A stretch of 64,000 nucleotides of DNA, taken from assembly GCA_963849525.1 (NCBI GenBank), contig CAWKHL010000004.1:196999-260998 (forward strand). Reading direction: 5' to 3'. How positions within the stretch are numbered: position 1 is the stretch's first letter; the number at the start of each line of letters is the position of its first letter. The position numbers and the translations under genes are program-made. Source of the stretch: an uncultured Acidobacteriota bacterium. GTDB taxonomy: Bacteria > Acidobacteriota > Vicinamibacteria > Vicinamibacterales > SCN-69-37. The notes beneath the pieces are model-generated. The model was not told where the DNA came from. It worked only from the letters and a program-made list of their open reading frames with translations, and ran no database searches. Below, one piece after another: positions 27,054 to 36,869 of the stretch.

Positions 27054-28315
27054 ATGGCCGATCTCGTGATCCGAGGGGGGCGGCCGCTGTCCGGCCGCGT
27101 CACCGTCGAAGGCAACAAGAACGCCGCGCTGCCGCTCCTGGCCGCATGCGTGCTCACGTCCGAGCCGTGCGAGCTGCACAACGTGCCGCGGATTCGCGAT
27201 GTCGACGTCATGCTCGATCTGCTCCGGTCGCTTGGCGCGACGGTCGAAGGGCAGGGGACGCCGACGCTGTACATCACCTGCCGTGAGATCCGGTCGTGCG
27301 AACCCGATCCGAGGCTCGTCGGCCGCCTGCGCGGATCCGTGCTGCTCCTCGGGTCGCTCGTGGGCCGTGCCGGCCGCGCGTCGCTCGTCGCGCCCGGGGG
27401 CGACTTCCCGGCCAGACGCACGATCACGACGCACCTCCAAGCCCTGCGGGCCATGGGCGCGCGCGTGACCGAGGACGGAACCGCGCAGCACGTCGAAACG
27501 CCGAACGGACTGAAGGGGGCGTCGATGTACCTCCTGGAGGCGTCGGTCACCGGCACCGAGACCGCGATGCTGGCGGCGGCCGGCGCGGAGGGCACAACCG
27601 AGATTCGCAACGCCGCCTGCGAGCCGCACGTCGCCGAGCTCGGCCGCTTTCTTGCGGCGATGGGCGCCGACGTTCAGGGCATCGGCACGTCAACCATCCG
27701 TATTGACCGGCGGCGCCGGCCTGCACGGGGCGAGTCACACCCTCCGCGGCGACTACATCGAGGCGGCCTCCTGGGGCGTCGTCGCGGCGGTCACGGGAGG
27801 CGAGATCGAGGTGGTCGGCGCGAACGCGGTGGACCTCGAACCGACGGCGTCGGTGCTGGCGGAAATGGCGCTCGACTTCGACCTCGAAGAGACCGCGGTT
27901 CGTCGTTCGGCGCTCGAAGCTGAAGGGGGCGCGGCGCATCACGACGGGGCTGTGGCCGGGCTTCCCGAGCGACATCGTCAGCCTCGTGACCGTGCTGGCG
28001 ACCCAAGCCGAGGGCCGCACGCTCGTGCACGACTGGATGTACGAGCTGCGGCTGTTCGCGCTCGAGCAGTTGAGCGCGATGCGCGCGGATCTCTTCTTGT
28101 GCGATCCGCACCGGATCATCGTCACTGGGCCGACGACGTTGAAGGGGCGGGTGCTCGACAGCCGCGACATCCGGTCCGGCATGGCGCTCATCGCCGCGGC
28201 GCTCGCGGCCGAGGGCGCGAGCACGGTGCTCGGCATCGAAACGGTCGAGCGCGGATACGCCGGACTGGTCGGGCGCCTCAAGCTGCTCGGCGCCGACGTC
28301 GAGCGAACGGCCTGA
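27054..28315 (+). CDS. murA: UDP-N-acetylglucosamine 1-carboxyvinyltransferase, broken into three frames as sequenced (~27708 and ~27890)
   Basis: Frame 0 reads [27 protein letters not shown]...[10 protein letters not shown]. Frame 1 reads [31 protein letters not shown]...DFDLEE. Frame 2 reads ...[40 protein letters not shown]...[23 protein letters not shown]. Each junction needs one nucleotide removed. Confidence 0.9.
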
Positions 28316-28352
28316 GGGGCGCGCGAGCCGTCCCGATTGCGCGGAGTCCGCG

Positions 28353-29544
28353 ATGACGACACCGACGATGGCTCGTTTCGACTGGAGCGACCCGTTTCTG
28401 CTCGACCGGCAGTTGACCGACGTCGAGCGGATGGCGCGGGAGACCGCGCGCGCGTATGCCGGGGACAAGCTGGCCCCGCGCGTGCTCGACGCGTTCCGCC
28501 ACGAGCGCACCGACGAATCGATCTTCCGTGAGCTTGGCGCGCTCGACCTGCTCGGCATCGTCATTCCCGAGGAGTACGGCGGCGCGGGGCTGGGCTATGT
28601 GTCCTACGGGCTCGTCGCGCGCGAGCTCGAGCGCGTCGATTCCGGGTTTCGGTCGATGATGAGCGTGCAGAGCTCGCTCGTCATGCTGCCGATTTGCGAG
28701 TTTGGTACTGAGGCCCAGAAGCAGAAGTACCTGCCGAAGCTGGCGACCGGCGAGTGGATCGGCTGCTTTGGGCTCGACCGAGCCGAATCACGGATCGGAC
28801 CCGGGCGGGATGACGACGCGCGCCAGGCGCGTTGATGGCGGATTCGCGATCGCCGGCGCCAAGGCCTGGATTACCAGCAGCCCAATCGCTCACGTCTTCA
28901 TCGTGTGGGCGAAGGACGACGAAGGCGCGATTCGCGGGTTCGTGCTCGAGAAGGGCTGGAAGGGGCTTTCGACGCCTGCCACGCATGGGAAGGTCGGCCT
29001 TCGAACGAGCATCACCGGCGAGATCGTGCTTGACGACGTGTTTTGTCCGGACGAGAACGTGTTCCCCGATGTGCGCGGGCTGAAGGGGCCGTTCACGTGC
29101 CTGAACAGCGCGCGGTACGGGATTGGCTGGGGGGCGCTCGGCGCGGCGGAAGACTGCTGGCTGCGCGCGCGCGCCTACGTCCTCGAGCGCACGCAGTTCG
29201 GCCGGCCGCTTGCCGCCAATCAGCTGATCCAAAAGAAGCTGGCCGATATGCAGACGGAGATCGCGATCGGCCTGCAAGCGTGCCTCCGCCTTGGGCGCAT
29301 GAAGGAGGAAGGCACGGACGCCGTCGAGATCACGTCGCTCGTCAAGCGCAACTCATGTGGCAAGGCCCTCGACATCGCCCGGATGGCCCGCGACATGCTC
29401 GGCGCGAACGGCATCGTCAACGAGTTCGGCGTCATCCGCCACTTGGTCAACCTCGAGGCGGTCAATACGTACGAAGGCACGCACGATATTCACGCGTTGA
29501 TTCTCGGCCGCGCGCAGACCGGCCTCGCGGCGTTCACGGGTTGA
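28353..29544 (+). CDS. gcdH: glutaryl-CoA dehydrogenase (acyl-CoA dehydrogenase family), frameshifted as sequenced near 28775
   Basis: [19 protein letters not shown]...GEWIGCFGL joins [14 protein letters not shown]...[14 protein letters not shown]...[16 protein letters not shown]. The junction ctc-g-acc carries one extra nt. Confidence 0.85.
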
Positions 29545-29554
29545 GCGGGAGGAG

Positions 29555-30469
29555 ATGATGACGAACCGGTTGACCAACGACAGTCGGAACCGCGCCGCCG
29601 TGGTCGCCGCCGGCGCGGTTCTCGCGCTGGCCCTGGCGACGGGCGGCGAGGCGCGCCAGTCGCAGACCCCGCCGCCGGCCGGTCGTGGAGCGCGTCCGAG
29701 CAGGCAGTTGGCGCCGATTCCTGGGACGCCATGGCGCATTCACGATGAGCGAAGGCCGCACCCGCCGGCGGTGACGCCCGGTGCCGCGCCCGGCGCGCCG
29801 CCGTCGGATGCCGTCGTGCTGTTTGATGGCCATGACCTGTCGCAATGGGTGCAGGTGGCCGGCGGCGCGACGTCCTCGACGCCGCGACGGACGGCGGACG
29901 GCGCGCTCATCCCGGCCGCGTGGCCCGTGCGCGACGGCTATTTCGAGGTGGGGAAGGGCTCGATCGTGACGCGAGAAGCCTTCGGCGACGTCCAGCTGCA
30001 CCTCGAGTTCGCCGAGCCGCCGCCCACCGGCGGTGAGGGGCAGGACCGCGGTAACAGCGGGATCAAGTTCATGGGCCTTTACGAAGTGCAGATCCTCGAC
30101 TCGTACGACAGCGCGACCTATGCGGACGGCCAGCTGGGCGCGATCTACGGCGAGTATCCGCCGCTGGTCAACGTGGCGCGCAAGCCCGGCGAGTGGCAGA
30201 CCTACGACATCATCTTCGATGCGCCGCGCTTCGATGGGGCGAACCTTGTCTCGCCGGCGTACGTGACGGTGATTCTCAACGGCGTGCTCGTCCAGCCCAG
30301 GCGCGCCATCATGGGGCCGACCTCGCCCACGATGACGCCGCATGCGTATACGCCCACCGCGGCGGAGCTGCCGCTGCTGCTCCAGGACCACAACTTCCCG
30401 GTGCGGTTTCGCAACGTCTGGATCCGGCGCCTGACCGACCCCGATCGACCCGCGTCCGTCTCACGGTGA
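29555..30469 (+). CDS. DUF1080 (3-keto-disaccharide hydrolase-like) secreted protein
   Basis: Signal peptide, then [45 protein letters not shown] and FRNVWIRRL. Confidence 0.8.
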   Translation: MMTNRLTNDSRNRAAVVAAGAVLALALATGGEARQSQTPPPAGRGARPSRQLAPIPGTPWRIHDERRPHPPAVTPGAAPGAPPSDAVVLFDGHDLSQWVQVAGGATSSTPRRTADGALIPAAWPVRDGYFEVGKGSIVTREAFGDVQLHLEFAEPPPTGGEGQDRGNSGIKFMGLYEVQILDSYDSATYADGQLGAIYGEYPPLVNVARKPGEWQTYDIIFDAPRFDGANLVSPAYVTVILNGVLVQPRRAIMGPTSPTMTPHAYTPTAAELPLLLQDHNFPVRFRNVWIRRLTDPDRPASVSR

Positions 30470-30813
30470 CAGCGGCGAGGCGTCGGGTTGTGACACGTAG
30501 TAATACGCAGGACATAGCAGGACATAGTAAGAACCAACGACCCGGGCGCCGCGCGCCATAGACGGATCCGTCCCAGCCTCGTTCTTGACTTCGCAGTATT
30601 CGGTTCGTGATCGGCTCCATACACCCTAGGGACAGCCTCGAGGGGGAGCGACCCCCGAAATAGGAGGGGCGCTCCCCGTAGGTAGCCGGAAAACGTCCAG
30701 AAGTGCTGACTATGTCCGAGTCTGGTCATATGGGCCCGGCGGCGGGGCAGTGTCTCAACCAGAGACACTATCGCGGGCGGAGGAGAACTACCGGGCGTGC
30801 TACCATCCGCCGC

Positions 30814-31884
30814 ATGTTGCACAGGATAGCAGCCGTTGCTTTCGCCCTGATGCTCCTTCCATGCGCGGCTCTGCTTCGATCGCAGCAGGGCGCCGGTGCT
30901 GGTCAGCGCCGGCCGAGTGCGGGACCGAATGCGATTGTCGGTCGTGTACTGGATCTCTCTGGCGACCCAGTGCCCAACACATTCGTGACGGCCCTGCGGC
31001 CGGAGCCCTCCATCGGGCGACCCTTCAGCTTCGTGTCCGCGCGTCTTCACACCCTGACGAACGAACGGGGCGAGTTTCGTCTCGACGGTCTCAACCTCGG
31101 CGAGTTCTACGTGGTCGCGCTGCCACACAATTCACCGCTGGATGCCTTCCACCAGTTGAATCGATCCGGCTACGCTAATACGTTCTATCCGAATGCCCCC
31201 AGCCCCGCCGAGGCCAAGCTGGTTCAGGTGACGGCCAGCGGTCCGGCTGTGGCGAATATCACACTACGGCCTGCCGCGCTCAGGACAATCTCCGGCGTGG
31301 TGATCACGGCGGCAGGGCAGCCGGCGACTGGCGGAACTGTCGGTCTGTCGCACGGTGACGGACTGTTCGGACTCGATGGCCGGGGCGTCGTCATTGGCTC
31401 GGACGGAAGATTCGTCGCGCCCGCGTTGCCGCCGGGCACGTACTTTCTGCTCTTTGACGAGGGGCCGTGGCCTCCGCCGCGCGGCACTATTCCGAAGGTG
31501 TCCCGCGCTCGAGTCACGCTCGCGGGCACGGACGTGCCTGGCGTGCGTGTCTTGCCGCTCGAGATGGTTCACGCGAGCGGTCATGTCGTCATCAGCTCGA
31601 TCGATCGCGCGTCGCTGGACCCGTCGACGATCCATCTGTCGGCCCTTCCGTACCCTCCCGACGGCAATCCAGGGCCGCAGCAAGGCGGCGATCTGAAAGC
31701 GGATCTGAGCTTCGAGTTCCGTACATGGCCTGGACCTGGCCGCATCCGGGTCAGCATCAGCTCTCCGAGTTGGGTCGTGAAAGCGATTCGTCTCAACGGC
31801 GCCGAGGTGATGGATAAGACCGTGAATTTCGTGCAGGGCCAGGAGATGTCCGGTCTCGAGGTCGAACTGGTTAAGCGCGGCTAA
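30814..31884 (+). CDS. carboxypeptidase-regulatory-like domain protein (secreted)
   Basis: Signal MLHRIAAVAFALMLLPCAALL, then IVGRVLDLSGDPVPNTFVTAL...TNERGEFRLDGLNLGEFYV and ISGVVITAAGQPATGG. Confidence 0.7.
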   Translation: MLHRIAAVAFALMLLPCAALLRSQQGAGAGQRRPSAGPNAIVGRVLDLSGDPVPNTFVTALRPEPSIGRPFSFVSARLHTLTNERGEFRLDGLNLGEFYVVALPHNSPLDAFHQLNRSGYANTFYPNAPSPAEAKLVQVTASGPAVANITLRPAALRTISGVVITAAGQPATGGTVGLSHGDGLFGLDGRGVVIGSDGRFVAPALPPGTYFLLFDEGPWPPPRGTIPKVSRARVTLAGTDVPGVRVLPLEMVHASGHVVISSIDRASLDPSTIHLSALPYPPDGNPGPQQGGDLKADLSFEFRTWPGPGRIRVSISSPSWVVKAIRLNGAEVMDKTVNFVQGQEMSGLEVELVKRG

Positions 31885-31889
31885 AGCGG

Positions 31890-32288
31890 TTGGCGCGCAA
31901 GGCCCCAAGGGGCGGGAGGGGGCCAGGCGGCGATGCGCACGCTCCTGTTGGCGGTGGGCTCGGCCGCGCGGCAACGATTGCGTTGCACCCGCTGTTCGCG
32001 CCGCTCGCCGTGCTCGTCTCGGTGTCCGTGCCGCTCGAGCCCGCTGCATCATCGCCCGGTCGTTCCCGCCACGCGTGGCTGCCGTGGGCGGCGATTCTGC
32101 TCTTGGGCATGGCGATCGGCGTGTTCGCCCTGATGGGCGAGTCGCGTGAACCTGATGCCCAGGGGAGGCGAGGCATCGCGCCGGCGCGCCGAGTCGCGGT
32201 CACCCTCGTGTTTGTCGGCGCCGGGACGGTGGGCCCGCTCGCGGCGTACGGATCCTTGCGTAAGCCGCTCGGCCTCTTCCGGATGTGA
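31890..32288 (+). CDS. possible small membrane protein
   Basis: Three hydrophobic stretches and strongly G/C-biased third codon positions. A signal-like MRTLLLAVGSAA start sits in the neighbouring frame at 31933, which may be a further frameshift. The region overlaps the spurious extension of the minus-strand secretin ORF. Confidence 0.3.
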   Translation: MARKAPRGGRGPGGDAHAPVGGGLGRAATIALHPLFAPLAVLVSVSVPLEPAASSPGRSRHAWLPWAAILLLGMAIGVFALMGESREPDAQGRRGIAPARRVAVTLVFVGAGTVGPLAAYGSLRKPLGLFRM

Positions 32289-32325
32289 CGATCGCTCGAC
32301 GATACGACCCGCTTGCCGGCGCGGG

Positions 32326-34132
32326 CTACTTGACCAGCACCTGGTTGGCGGCTGGAGCCGTCGTCGCGGGCGGCTCGGATGAAGGCTGCGCGGCATCGCT
32401 CGCGGGCGGCGCGGGCGCGGCCGCCGCTGGCGAGCCCGACGAGGCGTCGATCAGCGCGGCCGTGCTTCCTTCGTGGGAGAACGTCAGGGGCTGCAGGTCG
32501 GCCTCGTTGAGGTCGAGCGTGCGGATGATGTGCGGCGTCAGCATCACCACGACGTCCGTCTCCTCGGCCTCCTTCCGGTTGTGCGTGAAGAGGTGGTTCA
32601 GGCCGGGCACGGCATCCAGACCGGGAATGCCCTCGCGTACCGTACCGCTCGTCGTCGCGGATCAGACCGGCGAGGATATTCGTCTCGCCGTCTTTGAGCC
32701 GTAGCGTCGTCTTGACCTCGCGATTGCCGAAGGTCGGCAGGTCGCCGAACCCGGTGCCGTCAACGTTGCTCAACTCGATGTCCAAGGCCAGTGTCACGTC
32801 GTCATTGGCGTGCACGCGCGGGGTGATGTCGATGTTCACGCCGATGTTCTTGTAGGTGTACTGCGTGATGGGCACCGTGTTCACGCCGCCCTGGGCGATG
32901 GCGCCGATGGTGGCGCTCGGCACGGGCACGTTCTCGCCGAACTCGGCGGACGCCGCGATCCCGTCCGACATGCGGATGTGCGGGTTGGCCAGCGTCCGCG
33001 TGTTCGTGTCGGTCTTGAGCAGCCGGTAGTAGAGCGCCGGCACGCCGGAGACGAGGATGTCGGCCGTGGTGAGCGTCTGCAGGCTCTTGGCCGTGAGGTT
33101 GGCGGCGTTGACCGCAACACTGCCGTTGATGCCGGGCGACCCCGCCGACGCGAACTGCAGCCCGTACTCCTGCAGCTTCGTGCGGTTGACTTCCAGAATC
33201 TCGACGTCGACGACCACTTCGGGCCTGGCCTTGTCGAAGGCGCTCAGGAAGCGCGCGGCGAGCGCCAGGCGGTCCGGCGTATCGCGCACGAGGATCGCGT
33301 TGGTCCCCGTGATGGGCGAGATGCTTCGGATGTCGCTGACCGTGCGGAGCGCGTCGATCGTCTCCTTCAAGTCCGCGTTCTGCACGTAGAAGACGCGCTC
33401 GGCTTCCTGCGTGTACTCGCGCCGCTTCGCGGGCGTGTCGGGAATCACGGTGATCGTGCTCGGCGTGGTGACCTGGTAGAACGTGCTCGTGCCGCCCGCG
33501 ATGGCGTCGAGCGCCTGGGGCACGGTCATGTCGCTGCGGAGGCTCACGACTGCCGGCGTCGCATGGAACTCCGAGTCGAAAATCACGCTCAGGTTGGCGA
33601 GCTTGCCGATGAGCAGATACAGGTCGCGGCTGGTGGCTTGGCGCCCGGTCGTGATTTGGCTGCCGAGCCTGACGTTCGGGAGGTGGTAGCCCGTCGCGGG
33701 CAGCGTGTGGGCGGTCGCGAGCAGCGTCTCGAGCGGCGTCTGGCCCTCGGCCGGCTTCGCCAGGGCGGCCCGCTGCGCCGCCCGCGCCTTCTGCAGCTCC
33801 CGCTGGGCGTCGCTGTTCGTCGGGTTGAGGTCGCTCGCGATTTGCAGCTCGACGACGGCGTTGTCGTAGTCGGCCTTCGACGCGAGCAGGCGTCCCCGCT
33901 CGAGGTGGGCGTCCGACCCGAGCAGCTTCGCGCGCTGGAGGCCGAGCTGCGCCTCGCGATTGTCCGGATGGACGCGCAGCACGTTCGTGTACTGGACGAT
34001 GGCGAGGTCGAAGTCGCGCAGTTCGTCGGCGGTTCGGGCTCGCTGCAGCGCCCGGCCGGTCGCGCAGCCGGCCAGGCCGAGGCTGATGGCCAGCAGGCAG
34101 AGGGCCGCGCGCGGCCGGAAGAGCGGCCTCAC
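32326..34132 (-). CDS. secretin (GspD/PilQ family) lipoprotein with N-terminal TPR region, frameshifted as sequenced near 32640
   Basis: Lipobox LGLAGC, TPR-like N-terminus and secretin core ...NPHIRMSDGIAASAEFGENVPV...TLRLKDGETNILAGLIRDDER. GIPGLDAVPGLNHLFTHNRKEAEETDVVVMLTPHIIR then continues in ORF 32326..32610. Confidence 0.85.
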
Positions 34133-34815
34133 CGCCGGACCTCGACGCCCTTGGGCATCTTGAACGTGAACACGCTGTCGTCCAAACGCACGTTCTCGCG
34201 CAGATTCGTGAAGCGGAACGCGGACGTGCCTCCCAGATCATCGACCGAGGTCATTCCGCGCAGGGCGAGCGTCGTTCGATCGACGACGAGCGACAAGGTG
34301 CTGAAGTCGGCTTGCGGCGTCTTGGGCGTCAGGTCCAGCTGCCATTCGTTGTCGGGCTCGACGGCCGGGGTAGCGGCCACGAAGTCCCGCACGAGATTGC
34401 CGCGTCCCGCCAGGAACAGCACGGCGGCCGACGCATCCGTGCCGGACGGCAGGTCGGTGACGTAGACGACGTTGTCGACCTTGATATAGGAGTAGATCTT
34501 CTCGCCGTCGGAGACGAACTCCTTCTTGTCCGGAGACGTGTAGTTCCAGAACATCCGGCCGGGTTTCTTGACGCGCACGTCGCCGCGCTCGTTGAACGTC
34601 TGGTGGAGCGTGCCGCCCTGATAGGTGTGCGTGAAGTCCGCGGTGAAGTCTCTGACGGTGTCGTAATGCGCTTGGAGGCGCTTCGCGAGCTCGTCGGGGG
34701 AGGGCGCCGTCTGCAGGGCGGAGGTCGCGACGGGGCGCGGCGCCACACACAAGGCGCACACGAGAAACGCGCTCGCGCCCGCCAGGAGGTTCGTCGAAAG
34801 CAGCGGAGTGGCCAT
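34129..34815 (-). CDS. lolA: LolA-like outer-membrane lipoprotein carrier protein
   Basis: Signal peptide, then LQAHYDTVRDFTADFTHTY...RGDVRVKKPGRMFWNYTSPDKKEFVSDGEKIYSY. Its TGA overlaps the secretin GTG (GTGA at 34129-34132). Confidence 0.8.
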   Translation of the reverse strand: MATPLLSTNLLAGASAFLVCALCVAPRPVATSALQTAPSPDELAKRLQAHYDTVRDFTADFTHTYQGGTLHQTFNERGDVRVKKPGRMFWNYTSPDKKEFVSDGEKIYSYIKVDNVVYVTDLPSGTDASAAVLFLAGRGNLVRDFVAATPAVEPDNEWQLDLTPKTPQADFSTLSLVVDRTTLALRGMTSVDDLGGTSAFRFTNLRENVRLDDSVFTFKMPKGVEVRR

Positions 34816-34846
34816 CTCGGGTGCGGCGGGCGCTCTGATGCCGCCG

Positions 34847-35071
34847 TCAGTTCAGCGAACAGGCGCCGGGGCCGCGCGGGTCCCCGCACGTGCCGCACGA
34901 AGCGACCGGGCCGGACGCGGTCGGCGACCCCTTGGATGACACAGCGAACACGGAGAGCTGCTTGTCGAGCGACGTGCCGTGACACGTCGGGCAGACGGGC
35001 GGCCGGTCCGCGCTCACGAGCGTCTCGAACCGCTGGTCGCAGCCGCGACAGATGTACTCGAAGATCGGCAT
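34847..35071 (-). CDS. FmdB-family zinc-ribbon protein
   Basis: MPIFEYICRGCDQRFETLVSADRPPVCPTCHG. Confidence 0.8.
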   Translation of the reverse strand: MPIFEYICRGCDQRFETLVSADRPPVCPTCHGTSLDKQLSVFAVSSKGSPTASGPVASCGTCGDPRGPGACSLN

Positions 35072-35143
35072 GTCTCGATTGTACTGCCAGGCGGCCGCTG
35101 GGATGGATTTCACCATGGAGCGCGTGGAGGATAGCCGTGAGCC

Positions 35144-35290
35144 GAGCTGGCGGCCCGGCTCCGCCGGGCCCGGGCACCACGAGGAGGCCCACAGAAAGGA
35201 GAGCGGCCGTCATTTGAGCCGTGTGGCACCGGCCGCTTTCCTTTCTGTGGGCCTCCTCGTGGTGCGGCCGCCGAAGGCGGCGGCCAGCTC
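35144..35290. repeat. long palindromic element (36-bp arms, 20-nt loop, plus outer 8-bp pair)
   Basis: 35174-35209 pairs with 35230-35265 at 35 of 36 positions. The single mismatch would be a G-U pair on the plus-strand RNA. The outer pair is GAGCTGGC (35144-35151) with GCCAGCTC (35283-35290). Confidence 0.9.
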
Positions 35291-35536
35291 GGCGACGCTC
35301 AGACGCAGCCAGCCTCCATGAGCTTCATGGTGGCCAATCCGAAGACCTCGGTCAGGGTAAGCCCGTCGCGACGACAGCGGCTGGGATGTGCGCGAGTAGC
35401 GCCGGGACTCGCCGGATTGCTGGCCCAGTCCGTAACCGAGCGTACACACGAGTTCGGCGTGACTCGGCTCGCAGGGCGCCCCTTCTGTCGCCTGCGGATC
35501 GCGTGAATCGTTCCTATCGTTACGGATAGACCATTC

Positions 35537-36864
35537 CTACTTGAGCTTGCGCAGTACCCGATCGGCGATCCAGTGCGGATCCCACCACTCGATGGGGTTC
35601 ACCATCACGCCGTTGACGAGCATCGTGAAGTGCAGGTGGTCGCCGCCGGCGAGGCCGGTCATGCCGCTTCTGCCGATCACCTGATCCTTCTCGACCATCG
35701 CGCCCGGCTGCACCGCGAACGACGAGAGGTGGCCGTAGAGCGACTGCACGCCCATGCCGTGGTCGATGATCACGCAGTTGCCGTAGATGCCGAGGTCGGC
35801 GGCGTAGAGCACCTTGCCGCGGTTCGCCGCCACGATCGGGGTATTGGCGAACGACGCCAGATCGAACCCGAGATGTACCTCCTTGTCGACCTCTTTGCCC
35901 TCGTAGGTGTACGTGCGGAAATCCGCGAACGCCGCTTCCACCTTGGTGTTGGCGAACGCATGGAACACGACGCCGCCCCAGAGGAGGTTCGGTGAGGTCT
36001 GGGCCGCCATCGACGCGATCTTCGCGTTGTTCTTGACGCGCAGCTCGCGGTTGATGGCCACGTATTTCTCGATGGTCGAGCCCGACGGGTGGATTTCGTT
36101 GGTGCCCGCGAGGATGGCCGGCACGACGCGGTCGATGAACGGGTCGGTGAGCGGAATGGTGCTCTTCTTGAACGGCTTCGGGAACGTCAGGTGGTCGAAG
36201 TCCGACGTCACCTCCTGGCCGGCCGGGTCGCGCGCGAAGAGCCGCATCGGCGTGTTCACGTCCTGGTCGTAGCGCAGCGCGAAGAACGCGATGCGCAGGT
36301 CGGGATCGTTGAGTGTGACGCCCTCGATCTTCGCGCCGGCCGCCGGATAGCCCGGGTATTCGAGATCGCCAACCCGCACGCCCGACACGACGTCGGACGG
36401 CGTCGCGCGGTACACGATCATCTCCGAGCCGCCCAGGTTGATGTAGTGCTTGGTCGAGACCACCGAGACCCGCGGTTTCTCGAGGCGGATCTGGACGTCG
36501 CGCGTGGCCTGCGACTGCACGGTCCTGAGCTTCCAGACTTTGCGCGAGGCGGTCACGATGATGCGGGCCGGACCGGCCGCGATCGTGAGGCCGGGTGCCG
36601 ACGCGCGCGTGATCGTCGTCGTCATCTGGCCGGAGCCCGAGGTCGAGAACACCGGCGTGCTGACGCCGTTCTGCTCAAACACGACCGTAACGGCCGATGC
36701 CGGCTGGCCGGCCGCCCCGACGGCAAACGCCACCGGAATCGACGCGCCGGCGAACTGTCGGGTCGAGTGATGGTGAGCGCGGGGCCCGCGACGGCACCGG
36801 CGGCGACGTAGGCGCCAACACCGACGAGGATTAGTAGGACGAGCAGTGTGATGAGCTTGCGCAT
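35537..36864 (-). CDS. M23-family metallopeptidase, frameshifted as sequenced near 36757
   Basis: C-terminal motifs IDHGMGVQSLYGHLS and GLAGGDHLHFTMLVNG. The signal anchor MRKLITLLVLLILVGVGAYVAAG is in the neighbouring frame (ORF 36622..36885, ATG 36864). Confidence 0.8.
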
Positions 36865-36869
36865 GTGCC

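Noticed and set aside
30643-30677. The strong hairpin as an intrinsic terminator for the DUF1080 gene.
   Set aside because: No U-tract follows it on either strand, and it lies ~170 nt past the stop. It is kept only as part of the structured-spacer observation.
35210-35449. A 79-aa minus-strand ORF and a short frame ending ...GLTLTEVFGLATMKLMEAGCV, downstream of the M23 gene. This might be a gene remnant.
   Set aside because: There is no recognisable motif, no consistent frame and no start signal, so the evidence is insufficient.
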